A stretch of 64,000 bases of DNA from a virus. Where the stretch lies: the IMG/VR virus record IMGVR_UViG_3300035698_007208, positions 1-64,000 of that record. The stretch is one strand, 5' to 3'. The translations under genes were made by a program, and so were the position numbers. Below are positions 28,239 to 43,200 of this stretch, piece by piece (position 1 is the stretch's first letter; each line of letters begins with the position of its first letter). Below the pieces are notes generated by a model. The model worked only from the letters and a program-made list of their open reading frames with translations, searched no databases and was not told the DNA's origin.

Positions 28239-31200
28239 ATGGCAGATAAAATTGTAAAACAATTACCAGTTGTACTTCAAACTACAGCTATAAAAAACTT
28301 CTTTGAGAGTACAGTAGAACAACTGTACAGCAAAGCAAATACTGAACAACTAAAAGGATTTATTGGTAAAAAAACCGGTGATGACTTTGGTTTATCGGGT
28401 GCATTTATACCCGAGGCTACTGCCGACAGGCGAGAATACAATTTAACACCAGCAGTTAACATAATTAATAGTGTTACTGGTGACAGTGAAAACTTGACAT
28501 TTTATGACGAGTTTATTGATATTTTAGAAACATATGGTGTTGATGTGCGCAACCAAAATATATTGTTTGGTAGTAATTATCAAACATTTATGCCACCTAT
28601 TGATATTGATAAATTTATAAATTACCAAGAATACTATTGGTTTCCAAGCGCACCTACTGCTATTACTGTAACGCATTCTGTTGCATCCCCTATCAACATA
28701 GATGTTGACATAATTGGTCAAACGCAGTTTACCTCTGAAACTGGTATTATTTTCCGCAATGGCATGACTGTTGTTTTTGCAGGAGATTATATAATTCCTG
28801 GCGCAAGCGCACTCTTTGCCAGTCATAATGTAGGTGTGGAATACACTGTTGGTGGAGTAGGAAATGCTATATTTTTAGTTGAAACAAGAATCAATACTAG
28901 TACACGATATGGTGGATCGTCTATTGACGAAAAAGATTATATTGTAATTGACAAAGGGTCGCTAAATGGAGCATCATGGTCTAGAGTAAACCACTGGTAT
29001 CACAAAAAGAATTTTGAAGATGCTGGTGACATTATTCCTAGTAAGGAACACAGAGCAAACCGCCCTATTGTTGAGTTTGATAGATATTTAGAATTGATGA
29101 ATCATGGAATAAATTACCGTGGCAGTGTTACTTTAAGTGCAGTAACTGAAACTTTAGCTACTGTGACTGGTCAAGCAAATTTAACAATTGATTCTCATGC
29201 TATTGTTGATGGCGATCGAATTATTTTTCCTAATGAAGTTTCAGCTAATAGAACCTATATTTATTTAGTTAGTAATGCAGCAACATCGATTACGTTAACA
29301 CCGGATCCATCTGAAACAGCATTAATTACAGGCGATACTGTTAGTATAGCAAAGGGTTTTACATATGTTGGTTTAGATTATCTTTATGATGGCAGTTCGT
29401 TGCTAATAGCACAAACTAAAACTAAAATTAATCAACCTCCACTCTTTGTGTTGTATGATGATACTGGTGTTCGATTGGATGACTTGGGCTTATACCCACA
29501 AAGTACATTTGTAGGAAACAGTATATTTGGCTACAAGATTGGTACTGGTGTAAACGATGACGAATTGAAATTTCCAGTTTCTTATGTATCATTTAAAACA
29601 GCTAGTGAATTTGCATTTGAAAATTTCATTGAAACTGATCAAGTAAAGTTTCAAGCATTTGGTAGTACAGAAATTTCAAAAGTGAATGGTACATATTATT
29701 ACAAACTTACAACAACTGTGCCTGAATTTAGTAGTTATTGGAAAACAAGTAACAATCGAAACGAGCAAAAAATTAATTCTACTTATGAACTTAACCAGTT
29801 TGATATTGATGATGCTTTATTAGTTTACAACGTAGGAGCGATACCTAATATCAAAGTAAGTGCAGTGAGCGGTTATGACATTATAACAAAAGTAAATAAT
29901 GTTGTTGTGGTCAATTATACTTATGAATCAGAAAAAATTAAATTTACTAGCTTTGACTTTAGTGTAGGCGATATTATTGAAATTACTGTAAATAGCGACA
30001 TTGGAATAACTACAGCAAGTTCAAGTAGGTATTCATTGCCACTAAGCTGGAGAGCAAATCCTAACAACGAAGAAATAGAAATTATTGCTGAGCCACAATA
30101 TCTAGGACATTTTACTAATTTTATTAAGACACAAGAAGGGTTTACCGGCGACGTGTTAGGATCTAATAATTTTGCCAGTACCTCTAAGGATGTTTCACAC
30201 GCTAAAGACATAGTACAAACAGATCAAGATTTAACATTAGCAGTGTTTATGCTAGATGACCAACCACACAACTTGGTAGATGCTATTAGATTTAATTCAC
30301 GAGAATATGAAAAATATAAAGCTCGTTTAATTAAGGAAATTACAAATTATTACAATTCATTTGACATGAGTACACAAACAAATGAATATATTTTAGATCA
30401 AGTTTTAAGAAGCTTGATTTCATACAGTGTCGGCAAGGCTGTCTTTAACAGTACATATGTAATACCCTTCGGCGATAATTATATTGAAGAAACTTTTGAT
30501 GTGGCTGATACTACTGATGTTGCGTACACGTTAACTAATTATTTAGATACGTCATTAATTACAAACAGTTTGTTAGTTTATAAAGGGACAAGTGCTGTTG
30601 ATCAACAATTATTGTTGCTAGATAGAGATTACACGGTAACTAATGTTAACCCTATCACTATTACATTAACTAGTGCGCTTAATTTAGAACTGGGAAATAG
30701 TATTATTACAAAGCTATATAGTGAAGAAAGAGACAGTGCGCAATGCCCAGCAACACCAAGCACAATGGGAATGTTCCCAATGTTCTTACCACAACGGGAA
30801 ATGGACGTATCGTTTAAGGTTCCAATAGAAGTAATAAAAGGCCACGATGGAAGCAAAATTGCATTGCTTGGTGATGTAAGAGATGATATTCTTTTAGAGT
30901 TTGAAACAAGAATATACAATGCATCAACCCAAGAGTTGCGTGAATCAATAAGTTTGCCCGAATTAAATACGCAAACAGTAACTCCTGGTATTTTTAGAAA
31001 TAACACATTAACGCCAGTTGGTTCTGCAGATTTGCTAAGGTATAATTTTGAATCATGGGTAAGCAACAATAAAGTAGACCCAGTAGTAAATGAATTTTAC
31101 AATGCAACAGATAAATGGACTTGGAACTATAGAGGAAACTCGGATATTCCAGGACACTGGAAGGGCTGGTATGATTATTATTATGACACAACCTCTCCAC

Positions 31201-34200
31201 ATCTTACACCTTGGCGATTGCTAGGATTTTTTGAAATGCCATTATGGTGGGTATCAGAATACGGTACTTATTATGGATCAAACAACATTGCAATGTGGAC
31301 TGATCTTGCAGATGGTATTATAAGAAACGGTAATAGAGAAAATTTAATTAATGGTAGCTACTTAATAGACAACGCATTTAGGCGTATTGGTCTGTTGGAT
31401 GTTTTACCAGTTGATGCAAATGCAAGCATAAAGCCTCCTGCTGAAATTACAACAACAGCAGTGTCTACATTAACAATTAGCTACAATAATGCGCGAGATA
31501 CTAGTAACACTATTTTTCAAACTAATAGCATTGTGCCAACAAATGAGTTAACTGTTGATTATGACATTAATAATGTTTATTTTGACAATAAAGAAATAAC
31601 AAAAATTTACGCTGTACCAATAATTACTTTAGCAAATTTAAGTATAGTTGCAAACACAGCAACAACTATGCCATCTAGCGCAATTGGTATAACAGTAACA
31701 GGCAAGCCAATCCTTAATCCAACATTATTAGAAACTTGGAACAACGAAGGCGATTGGCATTTTAACGCTGTAAGCGCCGGAACAATTTCAAATTTTGGTA
31801 TTTACAATATAATGCCAGAAGATGCTGGCTTAGAAGAATGGGACACTTTGACACACTCTCCAATTGTAGGATGGGCGTTCGATGGTCTACCTATATATGG
31901 CCCATATGGTTATCAAGATACATCAAATATTGCAAGTAACATTGTAGCAATACGCAGTTCGTTTGTTGTAAAACAAAATACACGATTCAATGGTCCTTTT
32001 GGTAAAGCTACTGGTGAATTTATACAAGATTACGAATGGAATGGTACAAGCTTAGAATCAAACACGACTGGTGACGCTGGCCAATACAATATGCGCTATG
32101 GCTTTACTATCGATAGCCAATCTGTTGCCATATATCACTATGTTGTCACACTAGATAGTGATGGGAATCCATCTTTTCCTTATACTGTTGGTGGCGGTGT
32201 GGCTACAAGACCAGTAGGATCAAGCGATGTATTAACATATGCAGGACAATACTACGCATCGCCTCTTAACGACACAAAAAACACATTAGGAACAATAGTT
32301 AATGTTGGTACATTTTCTGCATTAATTAGTGAAAAATTTGAAACTGTAACAGCAAACGCAAAAGAAACAAATGCTGCTTGGAGATTTGGTGATTGCGCTC
32401 CTGTTGAAAATGCATGGAAGTATTCAGTTGGTTATCCTTATGCTGTTACCGAAGGATTATTGTTATCACGTCCTGGTAAATTTGTTAGTGTATTTAGCGA
32501 CCCAAGTAATATTGTTAAGTCTAATCTAGAGCGATTTAAATTAATTAGTGCGCTAACCAGAAAGCCATGGGACTACAGGAGTATAACTGATTTCAGAATA
32601 CATGGCGATGTAAACACTGCGACTAATGCCCTAATAACCAATATTGGATACACCCAATTTGTACACAGCTGGTTAGCCTTCCAAGGACTTAACACAACTG
32701 TGGATTTTGCAGACAGGTTGAGAACAGTTAATATTAAGTTAGCTCATCGTTTAGCTGGGTTTAGTGATAAAGATACGCTAACTGTAAGAAGTGATCAATT
32801 TAGTGCAACAGGCACGTCTACAAGTTTAGTGATACCTGACGAAAATGTACAACTAACTGTACATAGTTCACCATATAAGACAAGAAATTTTTACTCAGGT
32901 GTTATTATTCAGAAAAACGCAGCAGGATACAAAGTAAAAGGATATGATAAAAACTTTGGTTACTTTAATACTCTTGCATTAAATTTAAACGGTAGAACTT
33001 CTCAAATGTCAGTTGGTGGACAGCCTGCTGCATATGTGAACTGGGAACCAAATACACGATACCAAGCATTAACTATAATATTACACCTAGGATTATTTTA
33101 CCAAGCACCTCGATTTGTAACTAGTAGTTTAACATTTATTAGCACATTATGGACAAGATTGCCTTCGTTACCACAGATTGGCGCAGAGCGGGCGGCTTTA
33201 TTTTTAGATTCAACATCACAAATTACACGAGTTGATTATGAAACACAATTTGACACAGTGCAAGAAGTGGTAAACTTTTTATCTGGTCTTGGTCTTTTCC
33301 AAAGTCAGCAAGGATATGATTTTGGTATTTTTGATAACAGTATAAACGATGTAAGGAATTGGACGTATGCTATTAAGCAATTTCTTTTTTGGGTAAGTGG
33401 TGGATGGGATAACAATAATGTTTTAGAATTGAGTCCTTTAGGCGGCCGTGTTAAATTTGATAGTATATCTGGCATGGTAGCTAAGATTGATAGAGTTTCA
33501 AATAACCAATTTACATTACTTGATCAAAATAGTCGATCAATAGCGCCAACAGAATGTACAATTATCAGAGAGGGCAATAGTATAGAAATTATACCGCCAT
33601 CTGGTAGTCAAATTTATGCTGCATTATTATACACTAAAGAAATTGAACATGCCTTAATAATTGACAATACTACAAATTTTAATGATACAATTTTGAATAC
33701 ACTGTATAACCAAAAGCAAACACGGTTACGTCTTAAAGGAAAACGAACTGCCAATTGGAGTGGGTTGTTAAGTACTGAAGGATTTATTATTGATAATGAT
33801 GAACTTAAGCCAAACTTAGACAATATGGCAGAAAGTTTAGGGCGATATCATGAACTTGGGTTTATCCCAGTCGAAAAGCAACTCTATAACACAGCTAGAA
33901 GTTTATTTGGGTACCAAGAACGAGCGTATTTAAATGATTTAGAAATTGAAGATGATGACCAGTTTGAATTTTATACTGGCATGCTACAAAGTAAAGGAAC
34001 TATACCAAGTTTAACAAAAATTGCAGCCAGCAACAGTATTATACAAGGATCAATGGTAGTATTTGATGAATGGGCTTTGCGCGTTGGCGATTTTGGTGAT
34101 TTAGAGAATGAACAGAGTATTGAATTGTCACTTGAAAAAGCAGACATAGTTCAAGATCCGCAATTAATTACGTTAGTGTTTCCAGAAGACACTATTGGTG

Positions 34201-37200
34201 TCATAGACGCAATTCGAGTACTTGACACAAAGCACAAATATAACAGTGTGCCCTTATTAGTAATTGCTCAACCAACCTTAGCGCCAGCAATACAAGCAAG
34301 TGCAGAAGCATTATTGGACAATACTGGCGTAATTTCAGGATTTAAAATTATAGAAGAAGGCAGCGGTTATGTTGAGCCAGTTGTAATTCAAGTAGTAGCT
34401 GGTGATTTAGTTGTATCAAATGTTGATGTGGCATTTTCAACTCCAGTTGCACAAAGCTTATTATATTTACCGTCTAACGTAGCTAGCTTAGGCCTAAGCA
34501 ACATTCTATTATCAGACAACCTAAGTGCTAACGGTATAATAAGTATTGATGTTAGTACAGCCACAGATATTGCTAATGTAGTATCAAGTATCAACACGTC
34601 AGCAGCCACCAACGCAAATGTGTCGGCCCTAGTAGTTGAAAATACATATTTAGTTGGCAATATAGAATTGTCGCAAGTTATATTGCAAATTACAGGTAAT
34701 GATTTTACATTAATTGAAGATGGGGTTACACTTGCTAGTTTAGCAATCACGCCTGGTCGATACGAACCAAAACAACGACATAGTATTAGTACAGTAGACA
34801 ATCACCCAATACTTGGTACTGGCGCGACTGAAGAAGGTAATATTACTGTTAAAATTAACAACATTGATCTTCCACATGCTGGCGGTGGAAATTGGGAGTA
34901 TGATGCAGGGTCACGACAAAACAAGAGTTATATTATAGGCGACTCATCAGTTTCAGGTATTGATTTTGACACAAATGGAATTTACAGTGGCAATGTTACA
35001 ATTCCATTAGTTACTCCAATTGATGCAAATAACACAGCAACCGAAGCTAATGTTTATCGCCATGCGAATGTATTTATAAACGGAACTGAAATTTTAAATT
35101 CTGGAGTAACAAGAGCATATGCTATAACTACAACTGATTTGATTCTTTATAATGTTGATCAATTACCAGAAGGACAATTATTAGTTGGCGCAAATATAAG
35201 TATACACGAACATGCAACAGTTAACTTAGGAAATGCAGTAATAACTGACATACCGGGTGCAAAGTTAAGTATACGAACTGTAACAAACGATGATATTGCA
35301 ATACTTACAAAAAGTAAAAGATTATTTGAAATAAGCGAAGATGCAAAAGGCGATGAAGCAATAGTAATTGACATTGATGACTCGTCACGATTCCTTAAGA
35401 AGCCGCTAGGAGTACGAGATAATAAACTATGGCCTAGTATGTCAAGTGTTAACCATACTGGAATAACTGATGCTAGATATTTTAATATTCCTAATGCTGG
35501 GTATGTAAATAAAGCAAATGTTGATTTTAGATCATTTGATGTAAGCAGCATTGGTCAAATGTTTAGTGACCAAATTTCAATTCATCCAGAACAAAACGAT
35601 TTAATACATGTCGCAGTAAGTGAAAATTTAGACTGGAATGTTTACAAGTTAGCCGCAGCAAATACTGGCATTAGTTATGTAGAACAAGAAAACGATGACG
35701 CGACATCGTATTTATTTACTTCTAATAGTTTGTTTGATTATACTGATAGTAATCAACTACAGGAAACAGATTTAAGTAGATATTTAGATTATCATCTTGT
35801 GTTAAAGAACTCACAACTAAATGAAAAATTTGTAGTATGGGTAAATGAGCAAGTAGTTGATAGCAAACAAGTAAGGTTTAGTAATATTAGTGCAACTGTT
35901 ATGACGGAAGCTAGTGTTACAGAAATTGGACCAGAGTCTAATTCTATACTTGCAATAAGCAATATTAATCCTGGAGTAAGTTCGTTTAGCACTGCAACAG
36001 CAACAGCCAATATAGACGGCAATGGCACTGTACTTATTACAACTGACACATTTGGTGTAGAAGATGGCGATAGTGTTGCGTTCGGCGGCGCACTTGGTAA
36101 TGCTAATCCGTTATGGGCAAACTCATATATAGTATCAAATGTAACAATTGGTACCTTTACAGTATTAGATGCAGCATTAACAAGTAACATTGATATTGCA
36201 AACCTTGTGTATTCTTATTATGGGAAAACACAAATTGAAAGTGTTGATCATGGATTAAGTTCAGGTGAAATGATTAAGATCGTAGCAGGTGTATATAGTG
36301 GTGCATATCTTGTTGAAAGTGCATCAGCAAATACGTTTGTTATTGATGCCCGTTACTTAAGTGGAGCGGCAACAACAGGTAATATATTGTTAGATAACGT
36401 TGTTATAACAGCAATTGGGCATGGAATTGTAGATGCATATTCTGGTAAGCGAATAGCAGTACATAATGCAGACCCAAGGTACTATAACCAAGTTTACACG
36501 GTAGACAGTGTGACAGCTAATACTATATCAGTTAGTGGCATTTTTGCATTTGCTGATGTTGCAAATGTTATGGCAAATGCAGTGGTAACAACATTAGACC
36601 ATGATGTTATTAGATTAAATAACAGTTCAATTAAAATTGACAATTTTAATAGTGTTGACGGCATTGTTGATAGCATTAACCAAGCAGCAGACTTAAGACG
36701 AGGATTTATTACCAGAGAAGGTAGTTTTAGTATGTCAATGCCAATGATGCGATCAAATAGATTGCCAGGCGGTATAACAAGTTCGCAAATAGCAGGTTCC
36801 ATTCCTTACGTAACAAACTTAAATGGGTTTGACCAGTCTGGACTAGTTGTAACTGGTAATAGGACTATTAATCCAGATCTCACACGCAAAATTGGATTCA
36901 ACAATGACGCGGTAGTGAGAGGACAATCTCCTGCACCTAGGACAATAACGAGCGCCGCAAACCAAACACATTCGACTGTATTAAATGTAGGACCATACAG
37001 TCAAACGCTCAATAACCAATTAAACCCGTATGAGGTAAACATTGGGCCAATTAATATACCTAAAATTTCAATAATGGGTCCATTAGAAAATTTTAATCGA
37101 TCAGTAAATAACCCATCACCTAATACCGGTCTTGGGCAATTACCAAATAATAGTGGCGCACCAATTATTAATCCAGCAGCACTGATTGCATTACCAAGCG

Positions 37201-40200
37201 TGCAACTGTGTACACCTGCAATACCTGCAATTCCACCGCCGCGTCCACCAAAGCCTGCTGCACCAGCAGTGCCAGCAGTGCCAGCAATACCAGCAGTGCC
37301 AGCAATACCAGCATCGCCTGGCGTTCCTGAAGTGCCAGCAGTACCAGCAGTACCTGAAGTGCTTGCTATCCCAGGAACAGGAACAGGCAGTTGTATACAG
37401 TATAATAAATGGGAATACATTGAACAATCTACTATGACATCAAATGTGGATGATACTTGGTACTTTATGATACCTATATGTGGTTCTGTTAAGATTATAT
37501 ATGATATGGATTCAGGGGAGGACATCCTTGATGCTTTTCAAATTACTACAAGGACAGCATTTGGTGGCACTCGTATGGGTGGAACAGATACTGGTGTAAG
37601 ATTTGCAACAACAGCAGAAAAAGCACAGTTATTAAAAGGAAACAACGGAGCCGCAGCTTCTTCCTTTACATCCAATTTACCAAAAGATTTTATTAAAACA
37701 AACCCAGGGTCAAAATTTTGCGGAGTTATTGAATTTGATTTTAAACCAACCGCAGGCTCGTATCTACGCATCGACGTTGATAAAAATAGCAGTATTTATA
37801 AATTTTTAATAGGCTACCCATCAACAGTAGGTGTAGTTAATCCGCAACAAAACACAAACCCAGGCCAGCCTGCAAACATACCACCATATAATGGTGTAGG
37901 TGTGGTTCCAAACATGAATACTATACCTCAAACGCCAATAATACAGCCAGCAGGTACGCCAATCAATAAACTCAAAAAAGTAAATGGCGGTATGCGTGAT
38001 GATGAATTTAATTTTAGAAATGGCGCCGGAGGCGGTAGGTATTCTAATGCCGGCGAGTATTATGTTTCTAATTTTAGTGGATTTAGTTCAGCACCAATGG
38101 CCGGTTTTGGATTTATTCCAAGTGTGTTTAAAAAGACAGTAAAAATAACTTCACCATTAAATGTTAACAGACATCAAGCGTTATCATCAGGCCGGTATGT
38201 CAATACAGTAGTGCATCGTGTTTCTGGTGGAATTATAATACCATTTGCAGATCGACTGCCAACTCCAATATTCATAGGAGCAAAGCCAATAAAAGGTTTA
38301 GATTTAATTAATGATCCATTATTTCGTTTGGCTGGTGACATAGCAAATGGACAAAATGTACATTTTAATTACAATCCAAGAAAAATAAGCAGTGCAAATT
38401 ACACAATGGACAGTATTGGCTTACCAGCAAGCATTAATACGGTTACATCTAATGGCAGCATTGGTCCTAATGGCAGCATTAATCCGGTTACACCTAATGG
38501 CAGCATTGGTCCTAATGGCAGCATTGGTCCTAATGGCAGCATTGGTCCTAATGGCAAGGTTACTAGCACCACACCAGGAGTATTTGATTACACGCCATTA
38601 GCTGGTAACTTGCCTTCAACAGTATTGGGATCCCCACTTGTGAGTTTAGAATTAGCACCACCAACTATAGCAGACGCCATAGACTCTCCAGTTGATGTTG
38701 ATAATGTAGAATTTAATAACATTCCTATTATTACTCTTATTCCAAAAGTGAAGACAGTGGACGGATCATTTGTGCCAGCAGGTCCAACTTGTTATTGCCC
38801 GGTACATAGACCGTCGCCAAGCGTAACAATTAGTCCATCTGATCTTATTGGTGCAACACCAGGCGATCAAATATTAATTAACAACACTGCTGTAACTATA
38901 CAATCTAATGTAGATGCTACTATGAATTCAATTGAATGTGCAATTGGTTCAGGGTTTACAACAATGCGCACAACAAGAGACTACAACGAAGCAATTAAGT
39001 TAATATCTTGCACAAATGCACCAATTACATTTAAAGACGGATGCAGGGGTGGCGTTTATAAAGAAGTACTTGATTTTCATGTTGTAAAGTCGTTCAGTTT
39101 ATCATCAACAAGCAATGCATTAGTAGTAGCAGCGTCAACTGGGTATGGTGCTGGTAATACAGCTACATTTGTTACTCCGTCAGTAACTTATACTAGATAC
39201 AGTGAAGAAGGGGAAGTACAAGATACACTACCTCAAACTAGTACAACAACAACAGGTAGCATATTAACTGCTCAAACAGCACACACTGGCGGCGGCGGTT
39301 ATTCTGTTGGCGATAGATTGCGTGTAGTTGGCGGCGTACCAATTGCTTCGCCATATGGTAGCATTACTGAGTTATGTATTGGCGATCCTGGATCAAATTA
39401 TTCCGAAGCTGCTAATGTTAAAATTTATATTGGTGACGGGTCCACTCCTGGAACAGGCGCAGTAGTTGGTAATGTAGTGCTTAATGCAAATGGTGGAATT
39501 TCAACTATTGAATTAATAAATTCAGGAATTGGATATGATGGCGCCCGCCAACCAACAGTAAGGGTTGTTGATATTGGTGCAGCAACAGCACCAACCATTG
39601 CAAGTCCAGCTAAAGTGTCAGTTAAAATTGGAACAGAAACAATTGGACGCAATGGTTTATCAATAACATCTTATGGCCTTCCTGAGCGAGTTGCTAAGTT
39701 TGTAGTAACACAAATAGATGCTACTGGTGCAATTTTAGGATTACAGTCAATTGATAGGGGCATTTATAAACAGTTTCCAAGTGACTTAACGACTGGTATA
39801 CCATTAGAATATGATGCTGTAAATTTAGGTGATGAATGGGGAGGAGAACTTCCACCATCAAGTTCAACAGGGCTGGGTGGGTTTGACCCACTTAACAACC
39901 ATGCCACATTGCCATCGCCTGGTGGATATAATCCGCTAACTGGTGATTTTGCTGGCGGTACCGGCGCAAGGGTATTTTTAACAGCTCGAGAAATTCCAGA
40001 CTGTTCGGAAAAGGGTGACGCAAGAAGCAAGATGGGACTTCCATCTAGCACAGGCGCAGTAAGCATACCGTCACATTTAGCTGATTTACTTAATACTGGC
40101 TTGTTGAACGGTGGTTATACTCCAACCGATATATCTTTTGGAGTAGGATCAATTAATGATGACTTTGATACTATTACTTTAGAATCGCCAACATTTGACG

Positions 40201-43200
40201 GAATTGAAATTGGGGAATTGACCCCTGGATTCCTTGATAAAATAGGCATACCGCCCGGCGATTATAATCCAGACATGGGGGTGCTTTCAGCAGTGAATAC
40301 TACTCCATTGAATGATAGTAACGGTACTACCCCTGACAATATTGGAAACAATAACGGCAATGGAAACAATAACGGCAATGGAACCAATGGAAACAATGGA
40401 AACAATGGAAACACTGCTATTAATGGTATTGGCGCTAGAACGGCATTGCCAATAGAATCAATTGCAATATACGGAGTTGACAATGTTGGTGGAAGTAGTG
40501 GAACAAATGGCCAAGACACAAATAGTGTACTTGGTACAGCAAGTGTCCAATACATTACTGATTTATTTCAATACGAATTAAGAACACTCGCAGGCAATCC
40601 AGTTGTAGCAAATAACCAAGCCCAGCAAACGTCTGTGTTGGTATTTGAAAGTCAGCGATATAATACTGAAAATGATATTGCTATTGCTAACGTGTCATAT
40701 GCAGACATCCCTTCAACCATAGCAGAGTTTGCTAATGTTTGGATTGATGATTATATGACTACAGGGTGGGCTTATCTTGAGGGTAACGTAACACAGCGGA
40801 ATCAAACGTCATTAGTAGATCCAAAATTTATTAATAATGTTATTATTTATGACAGTACAACTGGTGAAAAGGAATTTGATTATGATATATATGACCCGTT
40901 TAAAGGTGTATTGCCTGCATTTATAGAAGCAGCTCTTAATTATATTAGTTCTAATGATCCAGTTGTATATAACAGCACAAAGGCATTTTTTGGAAGAAAA
41001 AATATTGGACAATTGTGGTGGGATACTAGTTCTGTTAGATATAACTGGTATGAACAAGGACCAAATAGAGAGCGTTGGTTAAATTGGGGATCGTCATTCC
41101 CAGGTTCAGCTATTACTATTTACGAATGGGTTGAAAGTGTAAAAACTCCATTAGAATATACTGGTACTGGTACACCTAAAAATGGCAGTGAGTTCTTAAT
41201 AGAACGACGATTGAATCCAACTACAAACAACCACCAAAACTATTACTATTACTGGGTACAAAACGTTCAAGAAATCAATATACAAGCAAAAACTCAATAT
41301 AATAGACAGTTTACTGCATTAGCAATAGCTAGGTACATTTCAGACCCTAATGGTCAGGGATTGAATACTATTGGTTTTATTAGTAGTGGAGATTCCGATT
41401 CTACAAATCTTGCAAGTATGATGATGTCAAACTTAAGTAATACATTAAGAGAAGACGAACAAAATATTCAAATTAATCTTAGTAGAAATTTAAATCCAAT
41501 TGGCCTAAAGCATGTTGCTTGGAAATTATTAAGAGAAGGCGATAATAATAGTGAAATACCAGAAGATTTAAGCGCAAAAATGATCGATAGTTTGTGTGAA
41601 TTAAACAGTGTTGGCCAAACAGTTCCTGAACCAAATTTAAGCGTTGTTGAACGGTTTGGTGTACAGTTTCGACCAAGGCAGACAATATTTAAAAATCCTA
41701 ACGAGGCTCGACGAGCATTGCATTTTGTTTTAAACGAAATATTGGCAGACTTTAAATTGAATTCTTTATTCCCAACATGGGATGATGCGCTACCAAGCAA
41801 AACATACATTAAGTCTGTTAATTGGTACGCAGTAGAACGAATAGACGGTACAACTAATGAAAAAATATATTATAACGCATCGTTCAAGCCGGTTTATACA
41901 GTATCAAGTGCTGGTGAATTGGAGGCTATTAAGCGTAGCAGTTTAGCAGACGGTACGGTAATAATGGTTCGATCAAACTTAACTGAAAGATTCCAACTTT
42001 GGAGATTTAACGCAACTAAGTCAGCATTTGAACAAATTGCAATTGAAAACGAAACAGCAGAACTATCAACTACAATCTTTACTGACGATGTTAATGCAGT
42101 AATGCAAGCTGAATTACGCGCATTTTTAGAAACATTAAGAGATGACATTTTCCTTGGAACTTCACTATGGAACGAAGTATTTTTTGAGATGTTAAGATAT
42201 GCAATAGCAGAACAGCCAGAACTGGATTGGGCATTTAAAACTTCATACTTATTTGTAGAAAAAGAAGAAGAAGATTTGATTCAACGCAAAGGATTTAACC
42301 CTGATAACTTCTCACCAGTATTAGATTATTTAAACGAAGTCAAGCCTTACACGGCTAAAATACGTGGTTACAAAGACGGTAAAAAGACACCAATATTTTT
42401 CATTAAGGACCAAATGATAAGTGACTTTGATAGGCCTCCATATCCTGATTCATCGTTAGGTGAAATAAGAATACTTGATAATAATGATACAGTTGACACT
42501 AGTATACTAGCAACAGATAGTCGTTATATTAAGTGGAACTCTGCAATTAACGATGATAATTCACCAATAAGGACTGGCAATATTAATTTAGTATTTGATA
42601 GAGTTGATTGGAGATTATTAGAACCATATCATGATACGTCTGTATCCAGTTATTCGCGCAGTATAGCAAATAACATTGCTACATTAAATGCAGAATCATT
42701 AGATGACGTAAGTGCTAATTCTACTTATTCAATGTCAAGTAGAATTTTTAAGTTTGACCCAGATGTGCGATCACAATTTAATACGGACATTGATTCATAT
42801 TTTGGTAACGGCGCAAGCGCAAATTCAAGTATTACAGAAAATAGCATGCAATTGCTATCAGCAATACAAGATGGTGGATTAACAACTACACTAACTTTAG
42901 TACAAGAAAAAGTAGGTGGTGGATATCGAGGGGAATTGCTTGATGCTAATGTATTTACTAGAGTAGTAAGTGGTACAGATGCTCTTACTCTACAGTCTGT
43001 ATTTGGGTACGATACTACACCATGGGACAATACACTTGGATTTGGATCAGAATGGGATACAAATATTGAAGTTGAAAATTATGAAGGTATTTTTGATGGC
43101 AATGTAACATTTAGACGTGATGGTGTTACATTTGAAGGATTTGATGGTGTTACTTTTAAGAAACTAATATATGGTGAAGAGCGCCCTGAAGAATTAGTAA

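Noticed and set aside
38451-38556. Direct repeats as a possible CRISPR array
   Set aside because: Tandem in-frame 18-mers without unique spacers; no cas genes in the window
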